Shown piece by piece: positions 1 through 12,482 of a stretch of 64,000 bases of DNA (positions within the stretch are counted from its first letter, which is position 1; the number at the start of each line of letters is the position of its first letter). Source of the DNA: the human T2T-CHM13v2.0 reference genome, Homo sapiens. The position numbers and the translations under genes were made by a program. The notes under the pieces are model-generated. The model did no database searches and was not told the DNA's origin. It saw only the letters and a program-made list of their open reading frames with translations. Where the stretch lies: NCBI RefSeq assembly GCF_009914755.1, contig NC_060928.1. The stretch is one strand, 5' to 3'.

Positions 1-502
1 TTAATTTGCTATTTAGATTGATATGCATTTTTTCTTAAAATTGTCTCATTTAAATTTAAATCAATATTTTCATAATAGAAACATTATATATGCATTACCA
101 AAAACACATTAGTTTGCCTGGAGATATATTTTTTCTAATAAATCATGATGAGTAAAATGAAGTTTGTCAATGCAATGCCTAAATTATTATAATAGTGTGT
201 TTATTCATTTATTAGACAAACATGTATTGGAGAAGACTATCTTAGACTCGAGGCATACTCTGAATACAGCAGGCAAAATCCTCCTCTCATTTTTCTCACA
301 TTCCAATTTACCACTGCTTGTATATTTATTACTAAATGGGAAAGTCTAATATAATTTATACAAAACTTATATAATGAAAATGAATCTATTGTCATGATTC
401 TCTTTATGGGAAAGAAAATTTTCCCTTTATGTTCTGGATAAAATACTTTATAAACAAAGCTGTGGAGAAAATAAGTCTGATTATTTTTCTTCTGTATTTA
501 AG

Positions 503-529
503 GAAACCACAAAAAACATGAATGAAATG
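503..529 (+). pseudogene. CSN1S2BP: CSN1S2BP 27-nt exon ETTKNMNEM
   Basis: tttaag|GAA...ATG|gtgaga; equivalent to bovine EVVRNANEE and paralogous to exon 9184-9210. Confidence 0.8.
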
Positions 530-964
530 GTGAGAAATTTTTATTTTCTTAAACAATTTTTGTTCACATTCTTAACATGTAATATTACAATATCAATGGC
601 ATGTGGAAATATCTGTAAATTTCCTCTCTTAGTAAACTAAAAAGAGATGTATAAATTTATTTAAAATAACAATTTCTCCCTTCCCACTTTAATAGTATTC
701 ACCTAAATTGCTCTATATTCTCTTGAGACATTTCCATTCAAGGATAAGGTGATTTTTATCTCTTTTGCTTGTTTTCCAAAGGTAATCAATGATGAACAGT
801 TGAGAAACCTATTGTGTTGTTTTTATTTCAATACTTTTAATCTACCGTACTAATGATTACGTAGGTAATTTGAGGCCTATCTAAAACAACCTCTATCATT
901 AAAGAAATAATGCTGGGGATTTCTTATGGTCACTAAATTTTTATTATTATTATTATTTCTCAAG

Positions 965-991
965 CAATCTTCTAGCAGCTCTTCTAGTGAG
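965..991 (+). pseudogene. CSN1S2BP: CSN1S2BP 27-nt phosphoserine-cluster exon QSSSSSSSE
   Basis: tctcaag|CAA TCT TCT AGC AGC TCT TCT AGT GAG|gtaaga; equivalent to bovine EYSIGSSSE. Confidence 0.88.
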
Positions 992-1991
992 GTAAGAGCT
1001 ATTTTCTTTTAACATCAAAAAGCAGGTTCACCAAGACGTGGCAGATTTTTAGCAATTAGATTGTTCATCAAATTGTAACCCAAACTCAATGGTATTTGAG
1101 GGAGATTGAAACTGACTATCCGAACATTGGTTTCCCGTTTTGTGCTTTTTGACAGTGTGTATCAAACATCTGATTTCAGAGAAAATTGCATTTTAAAGGA
1201 AGCCAGGGTTAAATCAAGAGGCTGCCATTTGCCTTCAGCATAGTTTTATCCTGAAAAACCTCTCAATATCTCTTAGAGCGGTGGTTCTGAAAGTGTTGCC
1301 CCTCAGCTAGCAGCAACAACATTATATTCTGGTGCACTTTAAAATTTGAGATTCTTTTGTTTTTAAAAATAAGAGGCTGAATAAGGGATTCGATTATGAG
1401 TTGTGTATATCACTGACACAAGAACACCTGCCATGGTAGAAATACCCAAACAATAAACATGATGGGAAAAAGTATCTGGGAAAGGAAGAAGCATGGTGGC
1501 ACCACAAACCTTGTGGCCTTAGGTGAAGCCTACACTCTTCCTAGTCAGGGACTAGGAAACATGCTTTACTCTTCTTCCAAGCTTCAAGTATCATCTTCAA
1601 TTGGAGAGTTAACAGTCGCTTAAAGATAACATTTGTGTCCTCTAGAAAGGGTATGTGGGACTTGGTTTGCCACATACCTCACCAGGCCTGTGTCATAATA
1701 TTTTGTGTCACTTGTCACCTTCTGTAGGCATTTGATATTGTATGAATAATAAAAAATTTATGAAAATTTAAAATAAAACATTTTTATTCATGTGCTATTT
1801 TGATAATGATGACTCTGATTATAAATGTTTTAATTTTTTAATTAATTTATTAAATTCCTAATAAATGACATAATTTTTGAGTAGTAGTGGCTTGGGCCCT
1901 GAGTATTTAATTAATTACCCCTAATATTCTAGCATGACTCCGAAGCTTAATCATGCAAGTAATGTTAATTCTTCTTTTCTTCCCCTAAAAG

Positions 1992-2015
1992 GAATCTGCA
2001 GAAGTTTCCACAGAG
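1992..2015 (+). pseudogene. CSN1S2BP: CSN1S2BP 24-nt exon ESAEVSTE
   Basis: aag|GAA TCT GCA GAA GTT TCC ACA GAG|gtaat; bovine ESAEVATE. Confidence 0.92.
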
Positions 2016-2107
2016 GTAATTTTCATTCAAATAAAATAAAATTAATACCACTTAGTAGTGTTTTATTTTTGTATATTTGTATACAAATTAATTTTTTTTC
2101 TTACCAG

Positions 2108-2152
2108 GAAGTTAAGCACACTGTGGATCAAAAGCACTACGTAAAACAACTG
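2108..2152 (+). pseudogene. CSN1S2BP: CSN1S2BP 45-nt exon EVKHTVDQKHYVKQL
   Basis: accag|...CTG|gtaaat; bovine EVKITVDDKHYQKAL. Confidence 0.93.
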
Positions 2153-2257
2153 GTAAATTTCTCATATAAATTATGATTTCAAGTAAAACATCTTATTTTG
2201 GCTGTTTCTTCTCTCAAATATTCACACAATTCATTATATCCCATTAAGAAATTTATC

Positions 2258-2574
<317 letters not shown>

Positions 2575-2870
2575 TTATCCCCAATTTGTAGGAGCCTATT
2601 TTTGCTATTTTTGTTGCTTTGATTTCTGGCTATTATTTTTGTCAAATCAGTCTGGATTTATATTTTAAGAAAAATGAGTATTGAGAAATTATCCACTGAT
2701 TTTGGAGGAGTTACAAATTTCAGAAAGTTTGTTGCAAGTTTAAATTACCTGTTAGATACCAATGCAGTTAAAGTATCACATTATTACGCACTCAACTTCT
2801 CTTTGACGACGGGATCTTAGATGATTATCTGAAGTGTAAACATTCTCAGGCTACGGGAGGTCATATAATC

Positions 2871-3204
2871 TAGGGGGTCCCCAAACCACAGGGGGTACCG
2901 GTACCGGTCCTTGGCCTGTTAGGAACCACGCAGGACAGCAGGAGGTGAGCTGCAAGCAAGCTAGCACTAGCCTGAGCTCCGCCTCTGTCAGATCAGCGGT
3001 GGCGTTAGATTCTCAGGAGAGCGAACTGTATTGTGAACTGCGCATGTGAGGGATCTGGGTTGTGTGCTCCTTATGAGAATCTTTCTAATGCCTGATGATC
3101 TGAGGTAGAACAGTTTTATCCCGAAACCATACCCCCGCCCTCATCCGTGGAAAAATTGTCTTCCACAAAACCAGTCCTTGATGTCAAAAAGTTGGGGACT
3201 CCTG
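2871..3204 (+). mobile_element. MER1B hAT-Charlie DNA transposon
   Basis: Matches the MER1B consensus, with terminal inverted repeats (ggggtcccca...ttggggac) and an 8-bp TSD atataatc/atgtaatc. Confidence 0.88.
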
Positions 3205-4316
3205 ATGTAATCCATCGTCTGCGGATTAGAGAAGTTTGCTTCGTGTGTAGGGAAAGCGCATGGATTTTGGTGTCAGGCAACTTGTATTCCAACTCCAGCT
3301 ACACGAGTTACTACTTAACCTCTCCAAGCTCCAGTTTCCTTAACTGAAAATACGGAGAGCTGCATTAACCCTGCAAGATTGTATTAGATGATATACATTT
3401 AATTTATACAAAAATTGCTTGGAACACAGTAAATTCATCTAAAAATTTGGCAATTATCTTATTTCAACACAGAGCAGACATGCTTTCTAAAACCTTTATA
3501 ATAGAAACATCTGTTTTGAACACTTAAAAATGGAATGCTCCAAATAAAACCTGTCTTTTTAGGAATTTAGATCGTTACTAACTTCCACGTTGCTATAAAT
3601 ATCTTTCTTACATTTTGTCAAAATACTTCCAGCAACATTCTCATTTTGTACCTCTCTTAACGTAACCATGGATTCATCCAACAATTCTAAAGACCCGTTG
3701 ACTTTCTACACACACTTATTTTTCACTCTCTATTAAATGAAAATTCTCCTGAGGAAAAAATGCTTTGTGGTTTTATATTTAATCCCTAAAAATAATCTTT
3801 GCAAAATCAGTTCAAAGACGCCGGAGCTTACTAGAATACTTAGTTACTAGGCAAACTTCTCTTTATAGTTTAACAGATATAATCCCACATGATAAGTAAT
3901 GCTCAAACAGTTTAAGCAATTTAATCAGGGTCGTGGATTCCAGTGCCCTGGGTAAAGAGAATGAAAGTTCATTTCTGACTCCAAAGACAAGACTAACTTC
4001 CAACACACATGGAAAAGGAATAAGTTGAGACATGTACCTTGTGATTGTTTTCTTTTCTTTTTCTTTCTTAAACATACTTTTCTTCCCCACATAGATAATT
4101 TTCTCCCGTGGTCTTACTTAATTTGATAATTTTTAAATTCTGCAACAGTTAAGGTAATTTTTATGTATGTAAACTATTCTTTTTCTAAGCAAATTTGCCA
4201 CCAATTATAAATTTTCTAATTAAAGTTCTAATTCATTCAGTTTTGCTAACATTTGCTTTGACTCATGAAGGATATAAAATGTTGGAATAAATATTCATAA
4301 TTTCCTTTCTCTCTAG

Positions 4317-4444
4317 AACAAAATCAACCCATTTTATCAGAAGTGGAACTTCCTCCCATTTCTTCAGGTTCCTTATCAACATCAGATTTTTATAAACCCA
4401 GGAGATCAGCATAAGACAAGTGTCTACCCCTTTGTTCCCACTTA
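4317..4444 (+). pseudogene. CSN1S2BP: CSN1S2BP first large exon NKINPFYQKWNFLPFLQVPYQHQIFINPGDQHKTSVYPFVPT, 128 nt (disrupted end)
   Basis: ctctag acceptor; 42 open codons, then TA|gtaagt. The length is not a multiple of 3 and an in-frame TAG lies at 4443-4445. Confidence 0.9.
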
Positions 4445-4497
4445 GTAAGTTTTGCATTTTTAAGAGGCGAGGGGTACAGGATAAAAATATATACAGT

Positions 4498-4786
4498 GGC
4501 CAGGCTCAGTGGCTCAGGCCTGTAATCCCAGCACTTTGGGAGGCCAAGGCAGGAGGATCACCTGAGGATGGGAGTTCGGGACCATCCTGGCCAACATGGT
4601 GAAACCCTGTCTCTACTAAAAATATAAAGATTAGCTGAGGGTGGTGGTGCGTGCCTGTAATCCCAGCCACTTGGAAGACTAAGCCAGGAGAATCACCTGA
4701 ACCAGGGGGTTGGAGGTTGCAGTGAGCCAAGATCTGCCACTGCACTCCAGCCTGGCAACAGAGCGAGACTCCCTCTCAAAAAAAAA
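4498..4786 (+). mobile_element. Alu (AluS)
   Basis: Full dimer; TSD ATACAGT. Confidence 0.93.
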
Positions 4787-5332
4787 ATACAGTAACTCGA
4801 GGCAAAATACACCCAAAAGTTCTAACTTTAAAATAGGGCAGTCCAAATACAATAACAAATAACAATAGTAGCAATAGTGACAAATAAGTACTAATTTAAT
4901 TTAAATTTAACATACATGTCCTAAGTGTTTGCTCATATATCATTTCACTTGGTCCTTCAAATAATTCTTTCATGTAGGGGGGAGGATAGAAATCAGTACC
5001 TTCATTTAACAAAGGAAATGTAATATGGGGAAATGTAAGGAAGTACTTGCTCAAACGCCAAGTAACCATTTCCATTTTGTTTCATAAAATGAATTTGTTT
5101 TAGGGAACTTTTTCTAATATGAGCAATAAATAACACAAGTTCTCCTCAGCCTTTTGATCAAATCATAAAATTAAAGGTTTTTTGTCTTGTTACAGGACCA
5201 GTAAATATAGCCACCCAATAAAAAGCCTAGTTTGATTTCCCTTATTTCATCTCCGGGAATAATTAAAAGTCCAAAGAAAGGGAAAAATAAAAATTTTATA
5301 AGTAATTAAACATACTATTTATATTTTTTAAG

Positions 5333-5357
5333 GAAATCTGCCGGCATCTCTCAGAAA
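5333..5357 (+). pseudogene. CSN1S2BP: casein 'ESIISQE'-type small exon, 25 nt (one extra base; ESAGISQK-like)
   Basis: tttttaag|gaaatctgccggcatctctcagaaa|gtaagt; resembles the alpha-s2 exon GAATCT...ATCTCCCAGGAA. Confidence 0.7.
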
Positions 5358-5459
5358 GTAAGTACAAACCACTTATATTAAATATATTTAAAGAACTACT
5401 TTTTATTTATCTATTATGACTTGCTTTTTATTTATAACAATGTATTATTTATTTTGTGG

Positions 5460-5501
5460 AAATATAAGGAGAAAAAGGATGTAGTTATACATACCAGTCA
5501 G
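5460..5501 (+). pseudogene. CSN1S2BP: 42-nt pseudo-exon KYKEKKDVVIHTSQ with dead acceptor
   Basis: Matches the bovine TYKQEKNMAINPSK exon in length and motif. Acceptor reads ttttgtGG (AG>GG at 5458-5459); donor gtaaaa is intact. Confidence 0.75.
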
Positions 5502-8500
5502 GTAAAATGTATTTATGTATTTACTGGTTCATTGATGAAATATATCTTAGATGCATGTGCATTATTTTTTTACCAATCTTATTCCTTATAAGTATCTTTT
5601 TAAATAAGTATGAAAGAGGTAATGAATGGATGTCAAGAGGGTCCCAAGAAAATATACTTGTGTGCCATTTGTGAAGCACATTGTCAAAGTTAGATATTCT
5701 TGAAAAGATTTCTTGTTAGTTTTCCATCACCTTTCTATCACCAATTGGTTGCAAGTTTGTCATCAAATGCTGGACTGGCACTATATTCTTCTTGAATCAG
5801 TAGATACATTTTTTTTTTATTTCTTTCCAAGAATAAAGCCCCTCACTCCAAACCTATGAGGACCCTCACTCCAAAACCTAAAAGATGAAACAATTTAATG
5901 ACACTGTATTTGAGAAAACCAATAGTCAAGCACATTTGGAAACAGTATATAATATCAACTCATATAATAAATAACATGATTTTCTGTATTCTTTAAATTT
6001 ATTTACTATATTAACTTAAATTTGTCACTGCTAATATAGATTATTATTTCATTGTTAGAATATAAATTAAAAATATTCTGTATATAAAAAATATGACAGT
6101 TTTAGTTTGGCATAAAGATTCTGCTATTTACATAGGGAAGCCCTGCAGAGTTAATTGGTTAACAGACCTGGGACAGTGTTCCTATACCAATGAACAGACA
6201 CCAAACGTGCTATCATCTTTCTCTACCTCCCTTCCTTTTTGCCCCATTGATATAGGAAAGCTAGTTTCCGTTTTCATATTAGCCTGTAATTTCTAAGGGA
6301 AAGTAGTAGATCTTAATTTGATGCTAATGGAGAGTTTGATAAATAGGAAATAGGAAAATTTCACTGTTTTGTAAACATCTGCATTTTTCTTAAAGAAAGA
6401 ATTATTGAATTTATCTAAGTTTTATAGGGATGTTTGAACACATAAAAATTTAAAAACACTTACTGAGATATATCCTCACTATCAGAATTAAGATATTTTA
6501 CACTTTTGCCAATAATATGGAAGCATAGCAGATGATGTGTATGTGAGAGTATATGCATCTATATGCATAAGTACATTTATATATCTTTCTTAGAATACTT
6601 ATTTTACACTGACTTTTCCCTTATGCTACAGTACTGATGATCACCAAAAAATTGAAAACATAGGAAACCGGTGATAATGAAAGCAAACAACTACTTTTGT
6701 CATAATTTTATGAATAATCAAGTAAAGGAGGTTTAAACTTGCATGAATCAACTAACCAAACTAAATTTGCCAGTTCCCATGAGAAATGGAAGCTTAATCA
6801 GTTAGTGGTTTTCATTCTTTCTTAAAATTTTTTCAGTTAATTCCACTGTATACATCTTCATTGATACATCTTCATAGTTTCCTATTGATAAATGTTGTTT
6901 CTATTTTTTAAATTATAAAAATAACATACTAATATTCTTATAATAACTTATTTTATACATATATGAATATATTAATAGGAAAAATTCCTAAAAGTGAAAT
7001 TTTTTAGTTAGAGGATATGTACATGAAATTTTTATAATATTTTTATCACAAACTTTAATACCATAAATTAATATGTAACACATATGTAACTACAAATTAT
7101 GAGTATCATAATTAATACTTATAGTTCTATATTTTATAACAGTTTTATTTCATACATATATGATCCTAAACACTATTTAATTTTGTGTGTGTTTATTTCT
7201 CTTTAGAACATTCATTTTAGACAATAACATTACTTTTAATAAGGTTAATATATTAAGTAATAAATTGCTTTTACCACACAGTAAGTTCTCATAGTTAATG
7301 TTAGACTCTGAATATGACAAGATGATATCGGAAAGATCCTAAGGGACTTATTTCCTATTGAAAATCTCCTTCAAGTAACTCATATTAGCATTTAGATTGG
7401 GCTTCATTTCTTTTAAAAAGCATACAAACCCTGAATTTCAAAGTAGTTTCTCTATGTAGTTTGGTTTGTTTTTAAGATTTACAAGGACTAGCATACTTTA
7501 TGTAGCCTCTTTGGTGTTGCATTTTTCACTCAACAGATTTCTAGCACATTTATCCATATTGTCACTTTATCCATATTGTTACAGCAGGTATAATCTACCT
7601 ATTTACACTGCTAATGATATTCCACAATTCAGTCTTCTATTGCCCTATACTTAGAAGGCATTTGGGTTGTTTAGGTTTAGTATATTTATTTTTAGTTTTG
7701 GTAGGTATTTTCAAACTATTTTTCTTTGAGGTGAAATAAAATTTTTTTCCAACCACTAATAAATGGGAATTTACAGTAGCTTTTTGCCCGAGTGGTTGGC
7801 ATTTCTGATGCAACACTCTACATCTCGAAGCAGTTTTAGAAACTCATTCATGGGCATTATGCAAGAGTGACCAGAAGGAGACCTCTGCTCCAGGCAGGCC
7901 TCAATGGGAGCAGTGACAACCCAAGACCACCCCATCAGACAATGCCAATCTGGGAAGTTTATAGATAGCTGATAGATTTATTTTATAACCTGGCAAGATC
8001 TCCACAGCGTGATTTTTCATCTTGGATAGTTTTCTGAGTTTGTTACAGGGGCAGTTGAAGAGATGTTTCTGCCTCTGAAGGTATTCATTGTGACACAGAG
8101 AAAAAAAATAAAGTCAGACTTGACACTGAGGTTAAGAAGCAAGGAGGAGGTCAGGTCCTAAAAGGAAATCTTGCCTGTGATCAGCAAAGAGGCAGCAAGG
8201 TATCTGAGACAGCCCTCGCCCTACCCTTGGACAGAGAGGGAATTTCACGTAGGAGGGGAGGAAAAGAGAGATCGGAGTCCAGATATGTTGTTAATGATCC
8301 TCCAAAGGGCATTGCTTCTCTGAATCCAGATCCTCTCTGGGAAGGGAATCTTCTAAATTAGTTTTTTGCTTTCCTGCAAGTTTTCATTCTTGTAAACTTT
8401 TAAACTTTTCTTCCCCTTACCTGTTCTCCATCCAAGCTATTATTTATATAATATTTTTCCTGAAATTATGCTTTTTAAAAACTTGTTATTGCTAATAATA

Positions 8501-8510
8501 AGAAATGTTA

Positions 8511-8812
<302 letters not shown>

Positions 8813-9183
8813 AAGGAATGTTATATATACTTCACTCAACTCACAAGTTTGATTATATATATATATATGTTTTAAATAAACATGCAATTATTAAAATTAT
8901 TTAAATGAGTTGCCTAAAAGCATGTGCTTTCTCAATTACTCTTGTGAAATATTCATTCGTTCAATTATTTATTTAAGAAATATTGTATTTAGCAAATACT
9001 ATGTCCCTTACATGTTTCCACATCTTAGAGATAAAAAAGTGATTAAAAGAAGCATTACAGATAAATTTATTTTTATTCTTCTTCTTTATAAAACAGTAGT
9101 TTTTCTCTATACATCTAAGAGGCAATTGTGTATAATCAATACACTGAGAACAATGTGTCTAATTCTTGTTTTATTCCTTTAAG

Positions 9184-9210
9184 GAAACACCAAAAAAGAC
9201 TGTTGATATG
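9184..9210 (+). pseudogene. CSN1S2BP: CSN1S2BP 27-nt exon ETPKKTVDM
   Basis: tttaag|...ATG|gtaaag; bovine ENSKKTVDM. Confidence 0.92.
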
Positions 9211-9650
9211 GTAAAGTATTGTTTCTATATGAAGCTGTATTTGACTCAAATTTCTAAAAACTAAACATTAAAATATTAATATTCCTGAAATTCTCTTTTA
9301 GTAAAATTGAATGATATTTTAGTTTACTTAAAAATCCTCTTTACTCCTTAACTGTGATTTTCTCAATTGACCTTAATTTTTTTCAGTCAAGACCTTCCAG
9401 GTTAGCAAGATCTCTCCACATAGCCTAAGTATTCTATGTTTTTTGCTGCTTCTTTCTTTTTTTAAAAAACAGATTTCTACCATTTTTTGAACTGAGAATT
9501 TTATTGCAATAAATCTTTTTCACCTGTCATAATAATACCTTTGTTGTAATATAAAAAAGATCTTTTGTCCACAAATATTAAGAATATACTGCTAAGTATT
9601 CAATTGCCCTGATTCTAAAATTTTGATTATTATACTTTTTATTTCTCAAA

Positions 9651-9679
9651 TAATGTTCTAGTAAGTTATCTCTGGTGAG
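9651..9679 (+). pseudogene. CSN1S2BP: fossil duplicate of the phosphoserine exon (both splice sites dead)
   Basis: atttctcaaA|taatgttctagtaagttatctctggtgag|gAaaat aligns with atttctcaag|caatcttctagcagctcttctagtgag|gtaaga (965-991), with matching spacing to the neighbouring exons. Confidence 0.7.
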
Positions 9680-10666
9680 GAAAATGATAATTTTAAAATC
9701 AAACAATTAATGAATTCATTGAGAAATACTCTGTTTCTTGCTGTTGACTAATTATTTTAAGTAAATTAGGTGTTATGCTATTGACATATCGAATGGAAAT
9801 AAAGGAAAACCCTTGTAAAAAATACACAGTCTCAAAGTCATTTTAGAGGTCTGGAATGAACCATCTACATGGTCAAGAAGTAGCTGTTCTATCACACACT
9901 TTCGGATAATATATGTCTGAACTCTGTTACATTGGAAAAATGAATTTTTAAAATAAGCCAGCCAAATCAGGATTCTGTCAGTTGCCTTCACTGTAGTTTA
10001 ATATCGTTTAGGAGTTGAATACTGGACTGGGTTATAAGTTATGTAAATCACAGGTTCAGGGAACACCCACTGTGGGAGAAAGTGCCAAGTGGGAGAGCAC
10101 AATTGGAAAGGGTCTTCAGAATATGAAGTATAAATTGTGGCACAGGATCTTGTGGCCTGGGGCCCAAAGCAAGCAAGATCTTCCTTCTTAGTGCCTTGAG
10201 AAGCATGTTTTACCCTTTCTCTCCACCTCAAACTGTGGGCCTATGGACACTAATATAAAAAACATTGGTCCTCCAAGAAAGAACATGCAGACTTTGCCAC
10301 ACACCTCAGTAGGCTTAATTATTTTTCCTCTCTCTCTCTCTGTCTCTCTCTCTCTCTCTTTTGCATCTGCCCATATTACACAGAAATTTGACATTATATG
10401 AACATGTAGGTAAATGGAAAATATGAAATAAAATGTATTTTCAGTCAGGTACCATTATGTTGACACAGGACATGTCCTTTTAATGAATACTTACATTCAT
10501 TTAATTCAGAATAGATTTCTATAAAGTAGGACTTTGTTTCTTGGTAGTAACAGCTTGGCCCTGAATTATTAAAATAATTAGCCTTAATTCTATATTATTA
10601 TGATATGGACAAAAATTACTATTGGGTTATCCAAGTGAGGTTATTTTTTCATTTTCTTTCCCTAAG

Positions 10667-10690
10667 GAATCAACTGAAGTATTCACCAAG
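10667..10690 (+). pseudogene. CSN1S2BP: CSN1S2BP 24-nt exon ESTEVFTK
   Basis: cctaag|...AAG|gtaagt; same peptide as bovine ESTEVFTK. Confidence 0.95.
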
Positions 10691-10782
10691 GTAAGTAAGT
10701 TTTGTTCAAACAAAATTAATAAAATATAATCTCAAAACATTTTCTTCTGTATTTTATGACCATTTATTTTTGTTATTAACAG

Positions 10783-10827
10783 AAAACTGAGCTGACTGAA
10801 GAAGAAAAGAATGACCAAAAACATCTG
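10783..10827 (+). pseudogene. CSN1S2BP: CSN1S2BP 45-nt exon KTELTEEEKNDQKHL
   Basis: aacag|...CTG|gtaaat; bovine KTKLTEEEKNRLNFL. Confidence 0.94.
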
Positions 10828-11702
10828 GTAAATTTTCCATACAAACATAGCACAATTAGACTTTACTTGGAAACTGCCTAGTTGCAATCCTCTTGACAAA
10901 AAAAAAAAAATACTATGTTTACCAAGTTCTAATTTTTATAAAAGCCTTCCTTATAGTTTTAAAAATGGTTACAGAATGATTCCCCAACTGTACCACTTAT
11001 ATTATTGCTAAGTATCCACCCAACAATTATTCCATGGCAATTGTAAAATTCCATTGATTTTCCACTTTGTAAAAATGAGAACTTAGCTTAAAAGAAGATG
11101 CCACTGTATTTAATTCCAATTTAAATCCCTACAATAATCTGTGGCTAAATCTATATAGATAAATAGAACATAGAAGAGGGGCATATGTACTCATAATAAA
11201 GTATATGGGATGCATTATGCAAATAAAGTGCTCTTTCCATATTAATTCATTTACTTCTACAAGATAAATAACACTCAGAGAGATTAACTGGCTCAGTGTC
11301 ATAGATTCCACTAAGTTAAATCACATATTCTATATGACTCTGAGGACCAGCGTTTTCCTACCAGAAACAGAAAATAAACCACAACTGGGGACACTTATCT
11401 TAGTCAAGAAATTATCTTCTTGCCTTCTTACATGTATTTTTAATTTTATTTTTCCTTGTTTTTGATTTATTTCACACAAGCACTGTGGCTTTGGGGTCTG
11501 AATTAACCAAATAATTTTCTTACTTCTACAGTTAATTCTGTAAATGTAAGCATAGAGTTAATTTTGTATGAATAAATTTTCCTTTAATTAAGTTCATTTG
11601 GTAAAATGTAGAATTTATCCAAATAGAGTTTTGATTTATTTGGTTATGTTCAGGTCTCTCTGATTCTGGGATATTGAGATAATTCTTTATATATTTTTCT
11701 AG

Positions 11703-11828
11703 AACAAAATCAACCAGTATTATCAGTTCACCTTGCCCCAATATGTAAAAGCTGTTTATCAATATCACAAAATTATGAAACCATGGAAAAACATGAAGAC
11801 AAATGCTTACCAAGTTATCCCCACTCTG
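11703..11828 (+). pseudogene. CSN1S2BP: CSN1S2BP second large exon (126 nt) NKINQYYQFTLPQYVKAVYQYHKIMKPWKNMKTNAYQVIPTL
   Basis: ttctag|...CTG|gtgagt; 42 open codons homologous to the alpha-s2-casein C-terminal region. Confidence 0.95.
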
Positions 11829-12439
11829 GTGAGTGCTCTCTTTTTATTTGCAACTTAAAAATAGTTATCTTTTGTGCTAAAAGTAAGCTAGGGGGATGAA
11901 ACTGACATAATCCCAATAAACTCAAGTAGAAGCTGAAACAAATAAAAATGCCTAAGCTAAAAATTAAATAATAAATCATATGCAAATACAGCATAATAAA
12001 TAAAAATAATAATGTTACAAAAGTAGATGAAATTGTAAAAAGTAGCTGGACCAAGTTCTAGTTAACATTTATCCTTTATCTTATTTAAAAAAAAAAAAAA
12101 GAGATTTGACCTAGGGAACATTTCTTCTAACATGAAGAATGAATGAGAGAACAGGACATTGAACCCACAGAACTAAAATGTATTATAAACAACATGGGTT
12201 TTGGAATCAGAAGACCTAATATAAATAGGCTTTTGAACATAGGCAAGTCACATCATTTCTCTGGAATTTTTTAATATGATTTAGTTTTTTAGATATGCAT
12301 GTAGCATTTAAAAGTGTCTTCCATATAATTTTAGAAAAATCAGAATTTAGTACCTCTGATTTGCATATGAGATGGAGATTTGTTCCTATACATTTTTTAA
12401 ATAAAATTATTCATTTTTTTCTCTTTTCTCTTCAAACAG

Positions 12440-12482
12440 GGATCTTTAAGATTCTTGAATTAACTGCTCCTACTTTACTTTG
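12440..12482 (+). pseudogene. CSN1S2BP: CSN1S2BP stop-codon exon (GSLRFLN*, TAA at 12461-12463)
   Basis: aacag|GGATCTTTAAGATTCTTGAATTAACTGCT...TG|gtaagt; resembles the bovine penultimate exon. Confidence 0.88.

Noticed and set aside
5176-5210. Good acceptor ttgtcttgttacag as a remnant of the NREQLSTSE-type casein exon
   Set aside because: Only GACCA precedes a weak gtaaat; there is no recognisable 27-nt exon.
5832-5885. Possible casein exon after ttctttccaag, with a short ccctcactccaaaccta duplication
   Set aside because: No GT donor and no convincing similarity to casein peptides.
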